From positions 85,864 through 149,863 of the forward strand of contig DASPLK010000002.1 of NCBI GenBank assembly GCA_035627595.1: a DNA stretch of 64,000 nt, given 5' to 3'. Each line of letters starts with the position of its first letter. Position 1 is the stretch's first letter. Source of the DNA: Minisyncoccota bacterium. Lineage in GTDB: Bacteria; Patescibacteriota; Minisyncoccia; Phycocordibacterales; Phycocordibacteraceae. The notes beneath the pieces were generated by a model. That model was not told the origin of the DNA and ran no database searches. It saw nothing but the letters and a program-made list of their open reading frames with translations. This document shows, in pieces, positions 27,234 to 36,569 of this stretch. The position numbers were made by a program, and so were the translations under genes.

Positions 27234-28721
27234 TCAGCGCGGCAGGGGACTAAGAAGGGTGCCGGAAGGCCCGTCCTCCACACGATATCCCCGGTTTTCG
27301 AGGTGGATACGTATGCGGTCCGCATCAAGGAAGTTTTTCTCTTTGCGGGCCCTGTCGCGCTCTTCGATGAGCGCTCTAATGTCCTCCGGAAGCTCTGAAA
27401 GGGCGTATGGGCGGCTTCTTACCGGCGGATTAGTGAGTGAAAGGCCGAGAATGGGGTCAGCTGCAACAACGACGCCCCACGCTTCCTTGGCGGTCAGAAC
27501 GTCGTCCTTGAGACACTCCCACAGGTATGCGATGGCCTGCGGCGTGGAGAGATCCTCTCGAAGGAGAGCGATGATACGACGCGAGGCATCGGTGGGCTTC
27601 GTCTCTCCCTTGGCATCTATGCCAACCTCTTCACAAATCTTCCAGAGCCGCATAAGCGCCTCTTGCGATGCCTCTAGTGCCTCCCAGGAGAAGGAGAGCG
27701 GGGTACGGTAGTGGGCCTGAAGGAAGAAGTAGCGGAGAGCAAGCGGGTGCATGCCGCGCTCTTCGATATCGGAGAGATAAATGTCGTTCTTTAGAGATTT
27801 CGAGATCTTATCGCCTCCAATGGTGAGGAATGCACCGTGTACCCAATAGCGGGCGAGTGGGACGTTGTTAGCGCTCTCTGACTGCGCAATCTCATTGTTG
27901 TGGTGAACGCTTATGTGATCCATACCGCCAGTATGAATATCAATGGTCTCGCCAAGGAGTGCCTTGGCCATGGCGGAGCACTCTATATGCCATCCTGGAT
28001 TTCCAAAACCCCATGGTGAATCCCACTGCTGGAGATCGTTTGGCTTTGCGCGACGCCAAAGGGCAAAATCCGCAGGGTTACGCTTTTCCTTGTTCTCTTT
28101 GATGCGGCCGTGCATAGCGAGCTTTGCGCGGTCTGGAAGCGTGTCGGCGGTACCGTGCTTCACGACCTCCTCCGGTACACCGCCCAATTTCCCATAGTCG
28201 GGGAATGTAGAGACGTCGAAATAGACACCATCTTTAATACGGTATGTATGACCCCGAGCTTCTAGTACCTTTATAAGTGCTATCTGTTCTTCTATGTAAC
28301 CGGTCGCCTTCGGAAAAAGTATCTCCTTCGTATCTATATTGAGCCGCGCGATATCTTCAATAAACAGAGTCGCATACCGATTCGCGATGTCCTCGGGTCG
28401 AACCTTCTCGCGCTCGGCACCAAGCGCCATTTTGTCTTCTCCTTCTTCCGCATCGCCAACTAAATGGCCCACATCTGTGATGTTAATGACACGGCGTACA
28501 TGGCTGCCGGAAGCTGAGAGGGTTCGTGCAAGTACATCTGAGAACACATACGCCTTTAGGTTCCCGATATGTGCACGGTCGTACACCGTCGGTCCACAGG
28601 AATAAAGAGTCGCAATCCCTGCTTTCAATGGTGCAAATGCCTCTCGCTTACCCGAAAGTGTGTTTGTCAGGAATATGGGCGTAGTATTAGGAAGCTCCTT
28701 CTTTTTGAAGAATTGCAGCAT
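27234..28721 (-). CDS. cysS: cysteinyl-tRNA synthetase
   Basis: LYSCGPTVYDRAHIGNL (HIGH) and KISKSLKN (KMSKS). Confidence 0.9.
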   Translation of the reverse strand: MLQFFKKKELPNTTPIFLTNTLSGKREAFAPLKAGIATLYSCGPTVYDRAHIGNLKAYVFSDVLARTLSASGSHVRRVINITDVGHLVGDAEEGEDKMALGAEREKVRPEDIANRYATLFIEDIARLNIDTKEILFPKATGYIEEQIALIKVLEARGHTYRIKDGVYFDVSTFPDYGKLGGVPEEVVKHGTADTLPDRAKLAMHGRIKENKEKRNPADFALWRRAKPNDLQQWDSPWGFGNPGWHIECSAMAKALLGETIDIHTGGMDHISVHHNNEIAQSESANNVPLARYWVHGAFLTIGGDKISKSLKNDIYLSDIEERGMHPLALRYFFLQAHYRTPLSFSWEALEASQEALMRLWKICEEVGIDAKGETKPTDASRRIIALLREDLSTPQAIAYLWECLKDDVLTAKEAWGVVVAADPILGLSLTNPPVRSRPYALSELPEDIRALIEERDRARKEKNFLDADRIRIHLENRGYRVEDGPSGTLLSPLPR

Positions 28722-28743
28722 ACGGAAACGATACCACGGCCCG

Positions 28744-29667
28744 CTAGAGCCACTTCTTCAGTCGGAAGAAGAGGAATATGATCATCGAACTGAAAATCAT
28801 AAGGAGAACGATAAGGAAGAAGCCCATAGGATGGTTGACGATAGGCATGTTGCCCTCGCTGATGTTCATGCCAAAAAGGCCTGCGAGCGCCACCGGTGGG
28901 AAGGTGATGAAGGTCATGATGGTAAGCGTTTTCATCACATCGTTCTGCGAGGTGTTAAGCAAAGAATCGTTCGTCTGTCGGAGTTCGGTAGCTACTGCCT
29001 TGTAGGATGCAACCAAAGCTGCGACATGGTCGCGGTGCGCGCTTATATGCGCTGCATTCGTTGCGAATGCTTTCCCAAAGAATGCAGGCGTCTGCAGCTC
29101 GCGCAGGAACACCTCCAGGGATTCCGCATGTCGGCCAAGCGCTGTGTCGAACCTGAGAAGGATACGGCTTGCCTCGGAAATGTTGCGCACCGCCTGCCGC
29201 TCCTTGCCTGAGAAGATGTCGCGCTCGATACGCTCAAGGGAGATGGCGATATGCTCGGCTTCTTGGCGTATGGCGCCATACAGTCGGCGCATGATTCGCT
29301 CTAGAAGCTCGCTTGTGGTTGAGTCTGTCGCGGGCATACCGATAAGCTCCTCAGCCTCAAATACACGCTGCAGATTGTGTATAGACTCGATGACCTCATA
29401 GCGCGAGGTAATAAGGAAATTCTTGCCAACAATAAAGTCAACTTCTTGATTCTTCGCGCCGCCGGTAACTTCCGTCGTCGGGAAATGAAGAATCATATAA
29501 AGGTACTTGGGAAATGTGACGACAATAGGGTAGGGAGTCGGAGTCACAATTTCCTCTTCGACGCGCGGGTCGATATCGAATTCCGTCATGACGGCCTGGA
29601 GTTCATTTGGAGTAGGACATTCCATGTCCACCCAAGTAACTTTGCCGCGCGTGCGCCTCGTGATCAT
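28744..29667 (-). CDS. corA: CorA-family magnesium/cobalt transporter
   Basis: GMN motif (LFGMNISEG) before two C-terminal TM helices; start taken at MITRRTRGKV. Confidence 0.7.
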   Translation of the reverse strand: MITRRTRGKVTWVDMECPTPNELQAVMTEFDIDPRVEEEIVTPTPYPIVVTFPKYLYMILHFPTTEVTGGAKNQEVDFIVGKNFLITSRYEVIESIHNLQRVFEAEELIGMPATDSTTSELLERIMRRLYGAIRQEAEHIAISLERIERDIFSGKERQAVRNISEASRILLRFDTALGRHAESLEVFLRELQTPAFFGKAFATNAAHISAHRDHVAALVASYKAVATELRQTNDSLLNTSQNDVMKTLTIMTFITFPPVALAGLFGMNISEGNMPIVNHPMGFFLIVLLMIFSSMIIFLFFRLKKWL

Positions 29668-29746
29668 ACCCTCGTAGTATAGCAACGCACATGCGTATGC
29701 GTGCGTTCTTTGCACACCTTTCATGCGCGCGTGATACACTTCTCGC

Positions 29747-30991
29747 ATGCAAGAGGAGGGTAACGACGGACGCTCATTTGCGAAGACCGCGCGGCTCGCG
29801 GTCGCGTTTGCTCTCGTACTCGTCATTGGCTTTGCGGGCGGCGTTACGGCAAGTGCAACCGGCACATCGCGAATTTTTAGTACGTCACTATTCAGCGGGC
29901 TTTCCGCAGAACCTGACGAGTCGGCAGATCTCTCTGATTTTTGGAGGGCGTGGAATGTCCTTGGTCAGCGATTTGTACCGACAACCGCTTCAAGCACTGA
30001 TCCGACCACACAGGAGCGTATTTGGGGTGCTATAGAGGGTCTTGCTGAGTCGTACGGAGATCCGTATACCATCTTCCTTCCGCCAGAAGAGGCGAAGATG
30101 TTCGAAGAAGACATCAGCGGCAACTTTGAGGGTGTCGGCATGGAGTTAGGTCTAAACCCTGATGGCGCGCTTACAGTCATCGCTCCTTTGAAGGACACTC
30201 CTGCTGAGCGTGCAGGTATTCTCACAGGCGACATCATCGTATCAATCAATGATCGATCGGCAGAGGGCATGACGACTGACGAAGCCGTAAAAATCATCCG
30301 CGGTCCGAAGGGAACTACGGTGACCTTCCGTATGCTCCGCGCTGGTGAGGTTATCGAAATACCGGTTGTGCGCGCAGTCATTGACGTGCCGACCATCAGC
30401 ACAACGTACGAAGACGGCATCTTTACGATTGCGCTCTACTCCTTTACCGCAAACTCCGCACAGAAGTTCTCACAAGCACTCGCAGAGTTTCGCGCATCGG
30501 GTGCCGAGAACCTTATCGTCGACTTGCGTGGCAACCCGGGCGGATACCTTGATGCGGCTGTACAGATGGCAAGTCGCTTCCTCCCTAAGGGCACTGAAGT
30601 TGTAACCGAGGACTATAAGGGTAATCGAGAGAACCTCGTCCACCGCAGCTCAGGTTTGGGTGGCGTGCCAGACACGGCGAAGGTTGTCGTTCTCATCAAT
30701 CAGGGTTCTGCTTCTGCGTCTGAGATCCTTGCAGGCGCACTTCAAGACGCGGATCGCGCTACGCTCATTGGCGCCCGCTCATTCGGCAAGGGGTCGGTCC
30801 AAGAGCTGATCGATCTTGGCGGCGGCTCACTTAAAGTCACTGTTGCGCGCTGGCTCACACCATCTGGCCGTTCGATATCCGATGGTGGCCTTACGCCGGA
30901 CATTGAAATTGAACGCACTGTCGACGATATGAAAGCGGATCGGGATCCGCAGATGGACCGCGCCATTCAGTTTTTAAAGACAGGCAAATAA
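29747..30991 (+). CDS. ctpA: carboxyl-terminal processing protease (S41) with PDZ domain
   Basis: N-terminal TM, PDZ segment, DLRGNPGGYL S41 catalytic motif. Confidence 0.85.
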   Translation: MQEEGNDGRSFAKTARLAVAFALVLVIGFAGGVTASATGTSRIFSTSLFSGLSAEPDESADLSDFWRAWNVLGQRFVPTTASSTDPTTQERIWGAIEGLAESYGDPYTIFLPPEEAKMFEEDISGNFEGVGMELGLNPDGALTVIAPLKDTPAERAGILTGDIIVSINDRSAEGMTTDEAVKIIRGPKGTTVTFRMLRAGEVIEIPVVRAVIDVPTISTTYEDGIFTIALYSFTANSAQKFSQALAEFRASGAENLIVDLRGNPGGYLDAAVQMASRFLPKGTEVVTEDYKGNRENLVHRSSGLGGVPDTAKVVVLINQGSASASEILAGALQDADRATLIGARSFGKGSVQELIDLGGGSLKVTVARWLTPSGRSISDGGLTPDIEIERTVDDMKADRDPQMDRAIQFLKTGK

Positions 30992-30996
30992 CAGGG

Positions 30997-31033
30997 AAGG
31001 CCGCATGGGGTTACCACGCGGCCTTTCTTTTCG
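30997..31033. terminator. bidirectional terminator between ctpA and the minus-strand ORF
   Basis: AAGGCCGC-13 nt-GCGGCCTT followed by TCTTTTCGG. Confidence 0.6.
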
Positions 31034-31037
31034 GTAT

Positions 31038-31652
31038 TCAACTACCGATTGCGCTACGCATATAGCGTACGAGCGCTTTGGGGTTGGCGCACTCGGCCAC
31101 ATGCTGCCAAAGCAACTCACGACAGCTCTGTTCTTCGTCGAGCATCGCCATGCCCTCGTAGTCGCGGAAATCAATGGTCGGCGTATGACCGCACAGGTCA
31201 AACAGCCATGACGACTGTGACCAGGTGGTGATGCAGTCGTAACCGAATTCCACGCGAAGCGGTTCAGCGGCGGCGTCTTGCTTACCACCGATGAAAACCT
31301 CGTCGAAGATGACGACAGCTTCCTCAGTGAGAACAATGCCCCACTGGTGCTCCCAGCCGACACCCGCACTACTGACTGCGCCCCATATTGTGAGCGGGCC
31401 TCGTAGTCGAATGAGCTCCAGGATCTCAGGCTGGCGGCCCGCCGTAGCGAGACCTTTCAAGCCCATAGCGATGCGTCCGGCCCGAGTACGCTTCCTCCGT
31501 GCCGCACGCCATTCCTGGTTGCGGTACGAAAGGCGACGTTTGGCGAGGCTCTCCTCCAAACTCACCACCTTTTGGGCAGCAGCGTTCCGCACCGCCGCTA
31601 TTTCTGATGCCGCTTGTGCAGCCAGATCATGTACAAGTGCCTGTTGGCCCAT
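31038..31652 (-). CDS. hypothetical protein (possibly NERD-like nuclease-related domain)
   Basis: 204 aa; GLKG...HQWGIVLTEEAVVIFDEVF loosely resembles the NERD core. Weak. Confidence 0.4.
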   Translation of the reverse strand: MGQQALVHDLAAQAASEIAAVRNAAAQKVVSLEESLAKRRLSYRNQEWRAARRKRTRAGRIAMGLKGLATAGRQPEILELIRLRGPLTIWGAVSSAGVGWEHQWGIVLTEEAVVIFDEVFIGGKQDAAAEPLRVEFGYDCITTWSQSSWLFDLCGHTPTIDFRDYEGMAMLDEEQSCRELLWQHVAECANPKALVRYMRSAIGS

Positions 31653-31775
31653 GTGTCCCTCCTACCATCTGACGGCCCCCTGCGGTACGTCCTTGCACAT
31701 ATAGCCACATTTCTCTATGTCTGGCAACGCACCGAAGTTGCGTGATGAGTGCCCAAAAGGTACCATGCACGCACT

Positions 31776-32201
31776 ATGAAAGTCGTACTTCTAAAGGACG
31801 TTCGCGATATCGGCCGTGCACACACCACGGTAGATGTTTCGGATGGCCATGCCCTAAACTTCCTTATTCCTCGCAAGCTCGCCGTACTTGCAACTAACTC
31901 CGCCCTTAAGCAGGCGTCGGTTCGTGTAAAGGCGGTCTCTGATCGCAAAGAGCTCGATGTGAAGCTTGTAGAAGAGCGCCTTGCAGCGCTCGCCGAAGAA
32001 CCAGTCACTATCATTAAGAAGGCTAATGAGCAGGGACACCTCTATGACGGAGTTGATGCAAAGGAGATCGCAGAGGCAGCTAAACTCCCTGAGGAGGTAA
32101 TCCGCATTGAGAAGCCGTTCAAGGAACTTGGTGCTTTCGAAGTTCCGGTTTCGTATGGTGACGCGTTCGGAAAGTTCACCCTCAAGGTTGAAGCAGAATA
32201 G
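31776..32201 (+). CDS. rplI: 50S ribosomal protein L9
   Basis: MKVVLLKDVRDIGRAHTTVDVSDGHALNFLIPRKLA is a typical L9 N-terminus. Confidence 0.85.
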   Translation: MKVVLLKDVRDIGRAHTTVDVSDGHALNFLIPRKLAVLATNSALKQASVRVKAVSDRKELDVKLVEERLAALAEEPVTIIKKANEQGHLYDGVDAKEIAEAAKLPEEVIRIEKPFKELGAFEVPVSYGDAFGKFTLKVEAE

Positions 32202-32214
32202 GGATGGGAAGTAG

Positions 32215-32248
32215 AAAACGCCGCATGTCCAAGGACGTGCGGCGTTTT
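32215..32248. terminator. bidirectional terminator after rplI
   Basis: AAAACGCCGCA-12 nt-TGCGGCGTTTT. Confidence 0.6.
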
Positions 32249-32259
32249 CCCATGATTGC

Positions 32260-32832
32260 TCAGAGGCGGATCGGGTTCTCCCGAACATTCCTCCACCGGC
32301 GAGCATGTGCGCGAGCAGCGGATGCTTTGCCCCAAGGCGTTTGGCTGTAGATATGTCCGCAGGCGTAAGCGCTGAACAGAAAGCCGAGTAACCAGCCAGC
32401 CGGCCAATGTCCTCTCAGCCAATTGAGCGCATCCAGGAAGCTCGGCGGCAGATCCAGACCGAGGGGCCTCTCGTACTTCTCAAGCTCGGTCCTGAGCAAG
32501 CCCTGAGCCTCCACAGCGTCTGCCGCTTTCGTACGTTCGCCATTGAGCTCCTCAACAAGAAGATCATATCGTGCCGCGAGCGGCGTGAAGATGGCGATGC
32601 GGCAGATGTCCGAAGCGGTGTTACCTGCGTCGAGCGTGTACGGCCTCCCATACACGAGGTATGGATGATTCTGCTGGAGATGGTTTAGATCCCTCTCCGA
32701 CAGGCCGTTCTCAGTACGCATAGAAGCGACGCAGTCGCTGACGAGCTCAGCAGAGCTCCGCTCGCGCTCCTGGGCCGCGGTTGCGGTAGCCAAGAGCGCA
32801 AACACGCTGGTCGCCAAGACAAGCTTTCTCAT
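32260..32832 (-). CDS. hypothetical secreted protein with C-terminal TM and Arg-rich tail
   Basis: Signal peptide MRKLVLATSVFALLATATAA, C-terminal hydrophobic segment then RAHARRWRNVREN. Confidence 0.45.
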   Translation of the reverse strand: MRKLVLATSVFALLATATAAQERERSSAELVSDCVASMRTENGLSERDLNHLQQNHPYLVYGRPYTLDAGNTASDICRIAIFTPLAARYDLLVEELNGERTKAADAVEAQGLLRTELEKYERPLGLDLPPSFLDALNWLRGHWPAGWLLGFLFSAYACGHIYSQTPWGKASAARAHARRWRNVRENPIRL

Positions 32833-32949
32833 GGGTAGTTCTCCCCCTTAAAGGTCCAAAGGCGCAGAGTGCACCTTTTCTTTTCCCGGTACGACCCTAT
32901 CACACAAAAGCCCCCGGGTGAACCGGGGGCTTTTGTGAAGATGTATCGC

Positions 32950-33228
32950 TTAGGCAGGGAGGACGTGGACGATCTTCTTGCGGCGGGTGTTGCCGTCGAA
33001 GTTGGTCTTCCGCATCTCACCGAACTTCACGACGCCCGTAACCATCGAGAAGAGAGTGTGATCCTTGCCTACGCGTACGTTCTGGCCAGGCTCGACCTTC
33101 GTACCGCGTTGGCGGACGATGATCATACCCGGAGCTGCTTTGGCGCCGTCAGCAAGCTTAACACCGAGGTATTTCGGGTTCGATGTGTTTAGGTTTTTTG
33201 CTGATCCGCCCGCTTTCGTACTTGCCAT
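32950..33228 (-). CDS. rpmA: 50S ribosomal protein L27
   Basis: [28 protein letters not shown]... Confidence 0.9.
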   Translation of the reverse strand: MASTKAGGSAKNLNTSNPKYLGVKLADGAKAAPGMIIVRQRGTKVEPGQNVRVGKDHTLFSMVTGVVKFGEMRKTNFDGNTRRKKIVHVLPA

Positions 33229-33250
33229 AGTGGTATCCTGTTAGGTATCC

Positions 33251-33664
33251 ATGACTATACCAGCACTGGGTAGCCAAATCAAGCGTTTCCTGGGTCGGAT
33301 ACCCACCGATGCCCTTATCGTAGCAGTCATATTTCTAACCGCCACGCTCTCCTTTGGGTTGGGGGTTCTGGCAGGGAAGGACATGGAAACGGCCGAACGT
33401 CCTGGGATTTGGATTGAGGAACGTCCAGTTGAGGCCGCAGACCTCTCCGCCGCAGCTCAGGGAGTAATTGGGGAAGGGGAGGATGACGTCGATCCTATCG
33501 TCCAGGGAGGGCAATATGTCGCTTCAAAGAGTGGAGAGGCCTACTATCTCCCATGGTGTGGTGGGGTCTCCAGAATAAAGGAGGAGAACAGGGTATGGTT
33601 TGATTCAAAGGAAGAAGCTGAGGCGAAAGGGTATAGGCCAGCTAAGAATTGTAAGGGCATCTGA
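33251..33664 (+). CDS. membrane-anchored protein with C-terminal Ada-like metal-binding domain
   Basis: N-terminal TM; C-terminal YYLPWCGG...NRVWFDSKEEAEAKGYRPAKNC resembles the Ada N-terminal Zn-binding fold motif. Confidence 0.45.
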   Translation: MTIPALGSQIKRFLGRIPTDALIVAVIFLTATLSFGLGVLAGKDMETAERPGIWIEERPVEAADLSAAAQGVIGEGEDDVDPIVQGGQYVASKSGEAYYLPWCGGVSRIKEENRVWFDSKEEAEAKGYRPAKNCKGI

Positions 33665-33678
33665 TATCCTAGGGGTAC

Positions 33679-34275
33679 ATGATCGCTCTTGATGTTGAAA
33701 CGACGGGTCTCGACCCTAAAACCTGTTCGATAGTCTCCCTGGGCGCGGTTGATACCGACCACCCGGAGAACCAGTTCTATGACGAGTGCGGCGTGTGGGA
33801 AGGTGCGCATCTTTCGGACGAGGCACTCGCTATTCACGGCTTTACAAGGGAAGAGCTTACGAACGGCTCTCGAAAAAGCGAAGCGGAGCTCATAAGGGCA
33901 TTCGTTGCCTGGGCATGCGATCGTCCGGAGAACAGGACATTCGTCGCGCAGAATGTCTCCTTTGACCACGAATTTGTGCTCCAAGCTTGCAAGAGGGCAG
34001 GGGTAGAGTTTCCGTTCGCCAAAAGAACACTCGATATTCATTCCTTAGTTTGGATGCACATGGAGTATGCAGGTGTGCCGCAGCCGGTGGGGAACAAGCA
34101 CTCACTCATAAGTCTCGACTTCGCGCTTCGCTACTGCGGTATTCCAGAAGAGCCCAAGCCTCACAATGCACTCACCGGAGCGTTATCCCATGCGGAAGTG
34201 TTTGCGCGCGTAGCGTATACTAAAAAATTATTGCCCGACTTTAGTTCCTTCGACATACCATGGCAGACAAGTTAG
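33679..34275 (+). CDS. DnaQ-like 3'-5' exonuclease (DEDDh family)
   Basis: Exo I ALDVETTG, Exo II FDHEF, Exo III HNALTGALSHAEV. Confidence 0.75.
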   Translation: MIALDVETTGLDPKTCSIVSLGAVDTDHPENQFYDECGVWEGAHLSDEALAIHGFTREELTNGSRKSEAELIRAFVAWACDRPENRTFVAQNVSFDHEFVLQACKRAGVEFPFAKRTLDIHSLVWMHMEYAGVPQPVGNKHSLISLDFALRYCGIPEEPKPHNALTGALSHAEVFARVAYTKKLLPDFSSFDIPWQTS

Positions 34276-35075
34276 ATACCACACAGGGGCCGATCCCAGC
34301 AGACGCATCTACCGTTCCAAGCGTCGAACCATTGCGCGAGCTTCCGGAAGTTCCTGAAAAGCACCATGCCATGAGCCAGGTGCTTCAACAGGCGATTGCA
34401 GAAGGGAAACATGAGGTGCCGGAAAGTCCTGCGCCTTTGGTTTGCAAACCTCGCGAGCTTGAGAGCTGGAGGGTATTTAAGATCATGTCAGAGTTCGTTG
34501 AAGGGTTCGACCTTATTAAGAAGTATGGTCTCGCTGCGTCCATTTTTGGTACTGCGCGCCAGAGCTTTGATGATCAGGTATATAAGGATGCGGAGGAGCT
34601 TGCGGGACGTCTTGCAAAGCACGGTTTTGCAATCATTACAGGCGGCTCTGCTGGCATCATGGAAGCGGCTAACAAGGGGGCGTATGAAGCAGGTGGCGCA
34701 TCCATCGGCCTCAACATCGAGCTTCCTATGGAGCAGCACACTAACCACTACACGACCGAAGCAATGAGCTTTGACCACTTCTTCGTAAGGAAGGTCATGC
34801 TCACATTCGCGTCCGAGGTCTACATTTATTTCCCGGGAGGCTTCGGCACCTTGGATGAGTTCACAGAGATAGCGACTCTTGTTCAGACCAGGAAAATCCG
34901 CAAGGTACCGATCGTTCTCTACGGCAAGGAGTACTGGGAGCCATTCACGAAGATCTTCGAAGAGCGGCTCCTTAAGGAATACAACGCAATCGATGCGGCT
35001 GACCTTGATCTCTACAGAGTCGTCGATTCAGTGGACGAGGCGTTCGAGTACATTGTTGCCAACGTCAGGTGCTAG
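34260..35075 (+). CDS. LOG family protein (TIGR00730 Rossmann fold; cytokinin riboside 5'-monophosphate phosphoribohydrolase-like)
   Basis: GGSAGIMEAANKGA...PGGFGTLDEFTE is the LOG family signature. Confidence 0.8.
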   Translation: MADKLDTTQGPIPADASTVPSVEPLRELPEVPEKHHAMSQVLQQAIAEGKHEVPESPAPLVCKPRELESWRVFKIMSEFVEGFDLIKKYGLAASIFGTARQSFDDQVYKDAEELAGRLAKHGFAIITGGSAGIMEAANKGAYEAGGASIGLNIELPMEQHTNHYTTEAMSFDHFFVRKVMLTFASEVYIYFPGGFGTLDEFTEIATLVQTRKIRKVPIVLYGKEYWEPFTKIFEERLLKEYNAIDAADLDLYRVVDSVDEAFEYIVANVRC

Positions 35076-35100
35076 AGTCACCAAGAAAGCAAAGAAGAAT

Positions 35101-35135
35101 GGGCTGCCCGTACGGGCAGCCCATCTGCATTCATT
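35101..35135 (+). terminator. terminator after the LOG gene
   Basis: GGGCTGCCCG-ta-CGGGCAGCCC followed by ATCTGCATTCATTG. Confidence 0.6.
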
Positions 35136-35607
35136 GTAACGATCCTGCCGCAGGTATCGCATTCGAATCCCTGCTTCGTAGGTCGCATATCCGCTCCGCA
35201 TCGACAGCGATTGGCTGCCGCACGAAGCCAGTGAAAATGTAATCCGTGCATGGGTACAACTCCTCCTTTGACTTGCCCAAAGCCACAGTAATAGGAGTAC
35301 GTTCAAGACACAAGTTTCAGAACTCGATGGATTGAAAGAGTAGGGGAGTCGCCTTTCCCAATCCTCTAGATCAATCAGCATAAAGCACCTCCCCTGGCTC
35401 CCCCGCCACCTCTTGGGGGAAGGGGTAACTCCGCTTCCCAGCCTATACATCTTGCTGCGAAACTTCCTCGCAATCGAGCATGTCAATAATATTTTCAGAG
35501 AACGGTCGGGAAGAGAAGTGCACCTGCTAAACGATAGGAGAATAGAGTCGTATACAGCCCCAGCTTCTCTAGGTATTGTTCGCACAATATATCTTTTGCG
35601 AAATCCC

Positions 35608-35698
35608 ATAAAACCCAGTAAATAGGCTGTGGATTTGGGTCTGCTTTCCTTAAGCATGTCCTATTCCCCATTATACGGCCTATTTACTGGGTTTTGAT
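35608..35698. repeat. perfect ~20-bp inverted repeat (ATAAAACCCAGTAAATAGGC) with a 50-nt spacer
   Basis: Arms read directly from the sequence; located in a 770-bp low-GC noncoding stretch. Confidence 0.55.
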
Positions 35699-35700
35699 GA

Positions 35701-35724
35701 ACTGTCAACGCCACTGTCAACGCT
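35701..35724 (+). repeat. tandem 12-nt direct repeat ACTGTCAACGCC/ACTGTCAACGCT
   Basis: Two adjacent copies immediately 3' of the inverted repeat. Confidence 0.5.
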
Positions 35725-35843
35725 TACTTTCCCGAAATTTTGCCGGAAAAGTAGGCACTTCCCCCAACTATCAAAAATAATTAGGGAGTGGGCCGTTTTT
35801 AAGGCTTCTCGTGTGACCGAGATTTGTGCAGGAGCATATCTAT

Positions 35844-36386
35844 CTAGCCGAAATTAGCATTTAAGATCCAGCCGATTAACGCTCCAATAGGGAGCGTGGC
35901 TAGTATGGTCAATACTACTTTTACTAGACTTGGATACTTACTTAGAACTGTCTCAGTAAAGGACATTGGTTCTAAGAAGTCGTAGCCCGGCTCCCCTATC
36001 TCAAACTTACCCAGATAGCGTGGGCTCGGAACAAGGTACTTTTCCTCGATACAGTAGTTAATGAGTCTGTCTATTTGGTCCATCCGCTGCTTCGCTCGGG
36101 CAAAAGATGGTGACGACACATCCAGCTCGTCCGAGGTTGTTCTTGGATCAGGAATACGTAGAACTCTTCTAACTGTATCTCTGTAATTCTCGAGATACAT
36201 GTTCTCAAGCAGGATAGCTTGGATTCCAATAATGTTCGCACTGTTTCCTACCCATGCCCAATCTGGAACGCTATTTCGCCTAGACTTGTCTAGAATCTTT
36301 AATAGTTTCTGTGCGCGGAACTGCTTGTACATCAGGCTAATACTATCAGCTATCGCGACCCAGTATGGGTAATTTTGGTACAACAT
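35844..36386 (-). CDS. hypothetical protein with C-terminal TM helix (low GC, foreign-looking)
   Basis: 180 aa; AT-rich codon usage unlike neighbouring genes; C-terminal VVLTILATLPIGALIGWIL. Confidence 0.5.
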   Translation of the reverse strand: MLYQNYPYWVAIADSISLMYKQFRAQKLLKILDKSRRNSVPDWAWVGNSANIIGIQAILLENMYLENYRDTVRRVLRIPDPRTTSDELDVSSPSFARAKQRMDQIDRLINYCIEEKYLVPSPRYLGKFEIGEPGYDFLEPMSFTETVLSKYPSLVKVVLTILATLPIGALIGWILNANFG

Positions 36387-36392
36387 TAATGC

Positions 36393-36532
36393 TACTTGCC
36401 GTGGGTTACCTCCCGGTCTTTCAGAGATTCGCTCAGCTCACTTAAGTGACTTGAGACAAGCCGACTCAGCTCAATCAGTTCCTCCAATTCCTTCTTAATC
36501 TGATTTGCGTTCGTGATGCTACCATTCTTCAT
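36393..36532 (-). CDS. possible 46-aa coiled-coil peptide directly upstream of the 180-aa gene (coordinates approximate)
   Basis: MKNGSITNANQIKKELEELIELSRLVSSHLSELSESLKDREVTHGK; stop is 6 nt before the next ATG. No Shine-Dalgarno. Weak. Confidence 0.2.
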
Positions 36533-36569
36533 GGAGTGTAATTTTTACTAGTTACTAATCACTTCGCGC

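Noticed and set aside
35028-35657. 209-aa minus-strand ORF and a 70-aa plus-strand ORF in the 35.1-35.8 kb noncoding stretch
   Set aside because: The 209-aa product is Cys/Trp/Arg-rich and overlaps the LOG gene's 3' end and its terminator. The 70-aa ORF starts on TTG without a Shine-Dalgarno and ends inside the inverted-repeat arm. Treated as noncoding.
35600-35724. Chromosomal origin (oriC) suggested by a DnaA-box-like TGTGGATTT near the inverted repeat
   Set aside because: Only one imperfect box (7/9), no cluster, and no dnaA/dnaN in the window; dnaB at 25.9 kb is not a positional marker.
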